Shown in pieces: positions 55,538-64,000 of a stretch of DNA of 64,000 bases. Each line of letters begins with the position of its first letter. The stretch's first letter is position 1. The stretch spans positions 13,454,001 through 13,518,000 of the forward strand of contig CM102290.1 of the NCBI GenBank assembly GCA_046563655.1. Direction: 5' to 3'. Under the pieces are notes generated by a model. It worked only from the letters and a program-made list of their open reading frames with translations, made no database searches and was not told the origin of the DNA. This DNA is from Yuukianura sp. NJ FZ-2021 (taxonomy: Eukaryota). The translations under genes were made by a program, and so were the position numbers.

Positions 55538-57277
55538 TAACTGCAATATACACCTTTACGACAGCACGGAAAAGCAAGAATTCAAAATTACTGCAATGAT
55601 TAACGGCAAAGCCAAGTCAAAATTCGAAGTATTTCTGATCCTTTTATTATTTCTAATGTACCAAAATGGTACACCTAATAAGTTAATTTATTTATTTCGC
55701 TTTCCCAGTAGGTTGCCAAACTCTTTAAAAACAGGGCGACTCAGCCTTTTTGAGATTAGAAAAATTATAGAAATTACTCATTGAATTAGAAATCTCAAGA
55801 GTTGCCTGAAAAATTACACTGGAATTTTTGGGAAAACGAAAGAAAAACTGATGCATATCAAAATAAAATAATGTTTTTATTTAAATTTTTTTCTGAAGTT
55901 GCGAATGATGCTTTCATCTATCCGTTTCGATTGGAAGTACAGTAGAACCTCTCATTCCGCAACTTTTAGCTCCGCCTCTTCTGATTGTGGGATACCGTAA
56001 AACTTAATTGGTTGAAAATTTTTTTTTTAAATTTACAAATGAGAGTTTTCGTTTTAAATGTGATTTCTCCTTTTATTTCTTCAAAGTTATTGAGAGTGTA
56101 ATGTCCTACAAGGATATTAGGGGGGCAAGTCGATCGATCATTCCGTTGGGATTGATTTTTGTAAACAATGCTAAAGGTTTTTTTCTTGTTAACGAATTAA
56201 TTCACTCCATTAAAACTGGATTATAGTAATTATGAGAACTAAAGTGTGCCAACCATACACCTTCAAAAAATCTAAAAGTTAACAATCATCATTCCCTTCA
56301 AAGGCTCATGCGGATCCTTTAGTTTTTTGTTGGGCAACAAGCTCTAAAAAGGGGGGAGTGAAGTTAATGACAAGACTTTTGTATTATTATTATTATTATT
56401 AGCAATAATTATTAATTATTATTTGTATTCTCACTTCACTACAGTCACTCCAAAAAATAACGTTCACAAAGGAACAAAAATTAAAACGGACTTGGGCTCC
56501 TCTATTTTGGGCAGAGGGCGTCATCCTGCATGTCACCATGGTTACTCTACCGATAATTCCAATCTCACCATATAATATACTATGTATAATATATCATCAC
56601 CTCCTCCTTAATAACCAAACCCTGCCCTCATCACACATTTACAACAACTCTAAAAAAACAACGTAAAGTTTAAAACATAACTACTAAATACTAACTGAAT
56701 ACTCTAAGGATTAACTACAGATTAAATTTAGAAATTAAAACGAATGAATAGCGTCGAACCGGAAATTAAAAGACACGGTGTGATCTAAGCCTAACTTTTT
56801 AGTCGAAGTTAGGAGAAACACTTTTTGAATAACTAGCCTATTTGCGCCGCAGGCGGCGGCGCAGAGTGGTAGTTTTAAATAAAACCCATAAACAATAAAA
56901 TCAGGATGGGATTGATTGCATATGTATAACCTTAAATGAGAGTAATAATAGTAGTACCCGGGGATAATTAATTGACGACGCTAGTACTTAAGGTCATGCC
57001 CTTCTCTGTTATTTACGAATCCTAAAATGTTAACAATTCACAAACTCCTATTCTCTCCCAGCACTGCAAGGTCAAAGGGGGGCTGATTTAAGAAGAACCA
57101 AAGAAGATGTCACGGTTTTGTACGCAAGGAACCAAAAAATAATTTAAACAAAAAGAAATCTAAGTTGTTCGGGACAAAAACAGAGAAATGCAAGGTAAAC
57201 CGAATGAATGATGATGACGATTCTTTAACAAGAGCAAATTAAATTTTCTAGTTTCATCTTTTTCAATATTCCAGTCT

Positions 57278-62960
<5,683 letters not shown>

Positions 62961-63108
62961 CTAGAAACAACTTGTACTCATTTACTTTGTTCCGTAGCAG
63001 GTCATTAGCAACAAAAACCATAAGCAACAATTCACAAAGTTGGCAACAATGCAACTCAATGAAATTGGGTTTCAGGTTTGTACAAGGTATGGGTTAATTT
63101 TTCATAAG

Positions 63109-63301
63109 CAGACTTGCCAAAAGTATTTAGTTCCGCCTGTAATGTTAGCAAAATCCATATTTCGGGTCTTTTCGTTACTGAATATTTATTTATTTACCAA
63201 CGCCGTTGTGTTAAGTTCGTAAATATTTCGAGCTTTTTCAGTAAATATTGTATTTATTTAAATATTTCGCTGGTTTTTAGTAAATATTTTTGACAGGTCT
63301 G
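63109..63301. mobile_element. hAT-like MITE
   Basis: TIR CAGACTTGCCAAAAGTATTT / AAATATTTTTGACAGGTCTG; perfect 8-bp TSD TTCATAAG; internal similarity to 42007-42200. Confidence 0.88.
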
Positions 63302-64000
63302 TTCATAAGGTAACGGGTTAATTTTTTTTTTGAAGGACGGGGGTTTAGGTTTCATTGGTAATACAGTGTTGCCAAGTTGCTGAAAATTCGGGCTTATTGT
63401 TTTCGAGCTAATGACCTGGAACCAGCTTGTTCAGCTCAAAACGCACCAAAAGCCAACAAAAATTTTAAACAAAAAAACCAAAAAGAAAGCAAATACATCA
63501 AATCAGTAAAAAATTAAGCACTTTTTAGACATTTCAATTCAGCGAGTACTCTTTTCCAGCATATGCTAATAACAAAAAACGATGAAACTTTCGTCTGAGA
63601 AAACTTTGAGAAAGCGATACGCAAAGCAATAAAGAAGAAGTATGTCAAAATGATCAAAGTGAAAAACTAATGAGAATTTTGCTCCTTTCAACAACAAATC
63701 CGAAACCACTTGTTTTTCAAAAGCTTAAAAAAATTAACTATTGTGAAAAAAAAATAGTTTAGACGAATCATTAGACTTCCAACATCAAAAAAATATCCAG
63801 TCACTACTAGCACCAAGTACATTTTGACGTAACGTGAAGCACTAAAGCTAACTTTAGTTTAGCACCAATGACGCACATTGTAATTATTTGAACATAAAAT
63901 CTCATTTCCTCTTCGCACATCCAAAAACGGCTTGCAAAAAAAAGGCAATTCAAAGAACCAAAAAAAGAAGCATCCGCTTCTAACGCCTAAATTATGAATA

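Overview
Eukaryotic, intron-rich, AT-rich arthropod-type DNA; the compact introns and many MITEs suggest a non-dipteran hexapod (inference only). 1.5-15.8 kb is a dense block of six genes: METTL16, UROD, PNO1, a PCGF3-like RING gene, WDR60/DYNC2I1 and VPS51. 16-27 kb has no convincing protein gene. It holds a + strand microRNA cluster (miR-2001, miR-252b, miR-252a), several long nested RNA hairpins and a decayed 28S rRNA fragment, consistent with one structured non-coding host transcript. Next come an equilibrative nucleoside transporter with two alternative first coding exons, a ~4.5 kb 59-bp satellite, an atypical class A GPCR, a GABA transporter (SLC6) and ALG2. The window ends with the 3' part of a PKA catalytic subunit gene. 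That gene has a duplicated, apparently mutually exclusive hinge/gatekeeper exon, a 16-nt microexon and a second, divergent C-terminal exon. All homology calls are from memory of the families; no searches or folding were run. CDS spans include introns.
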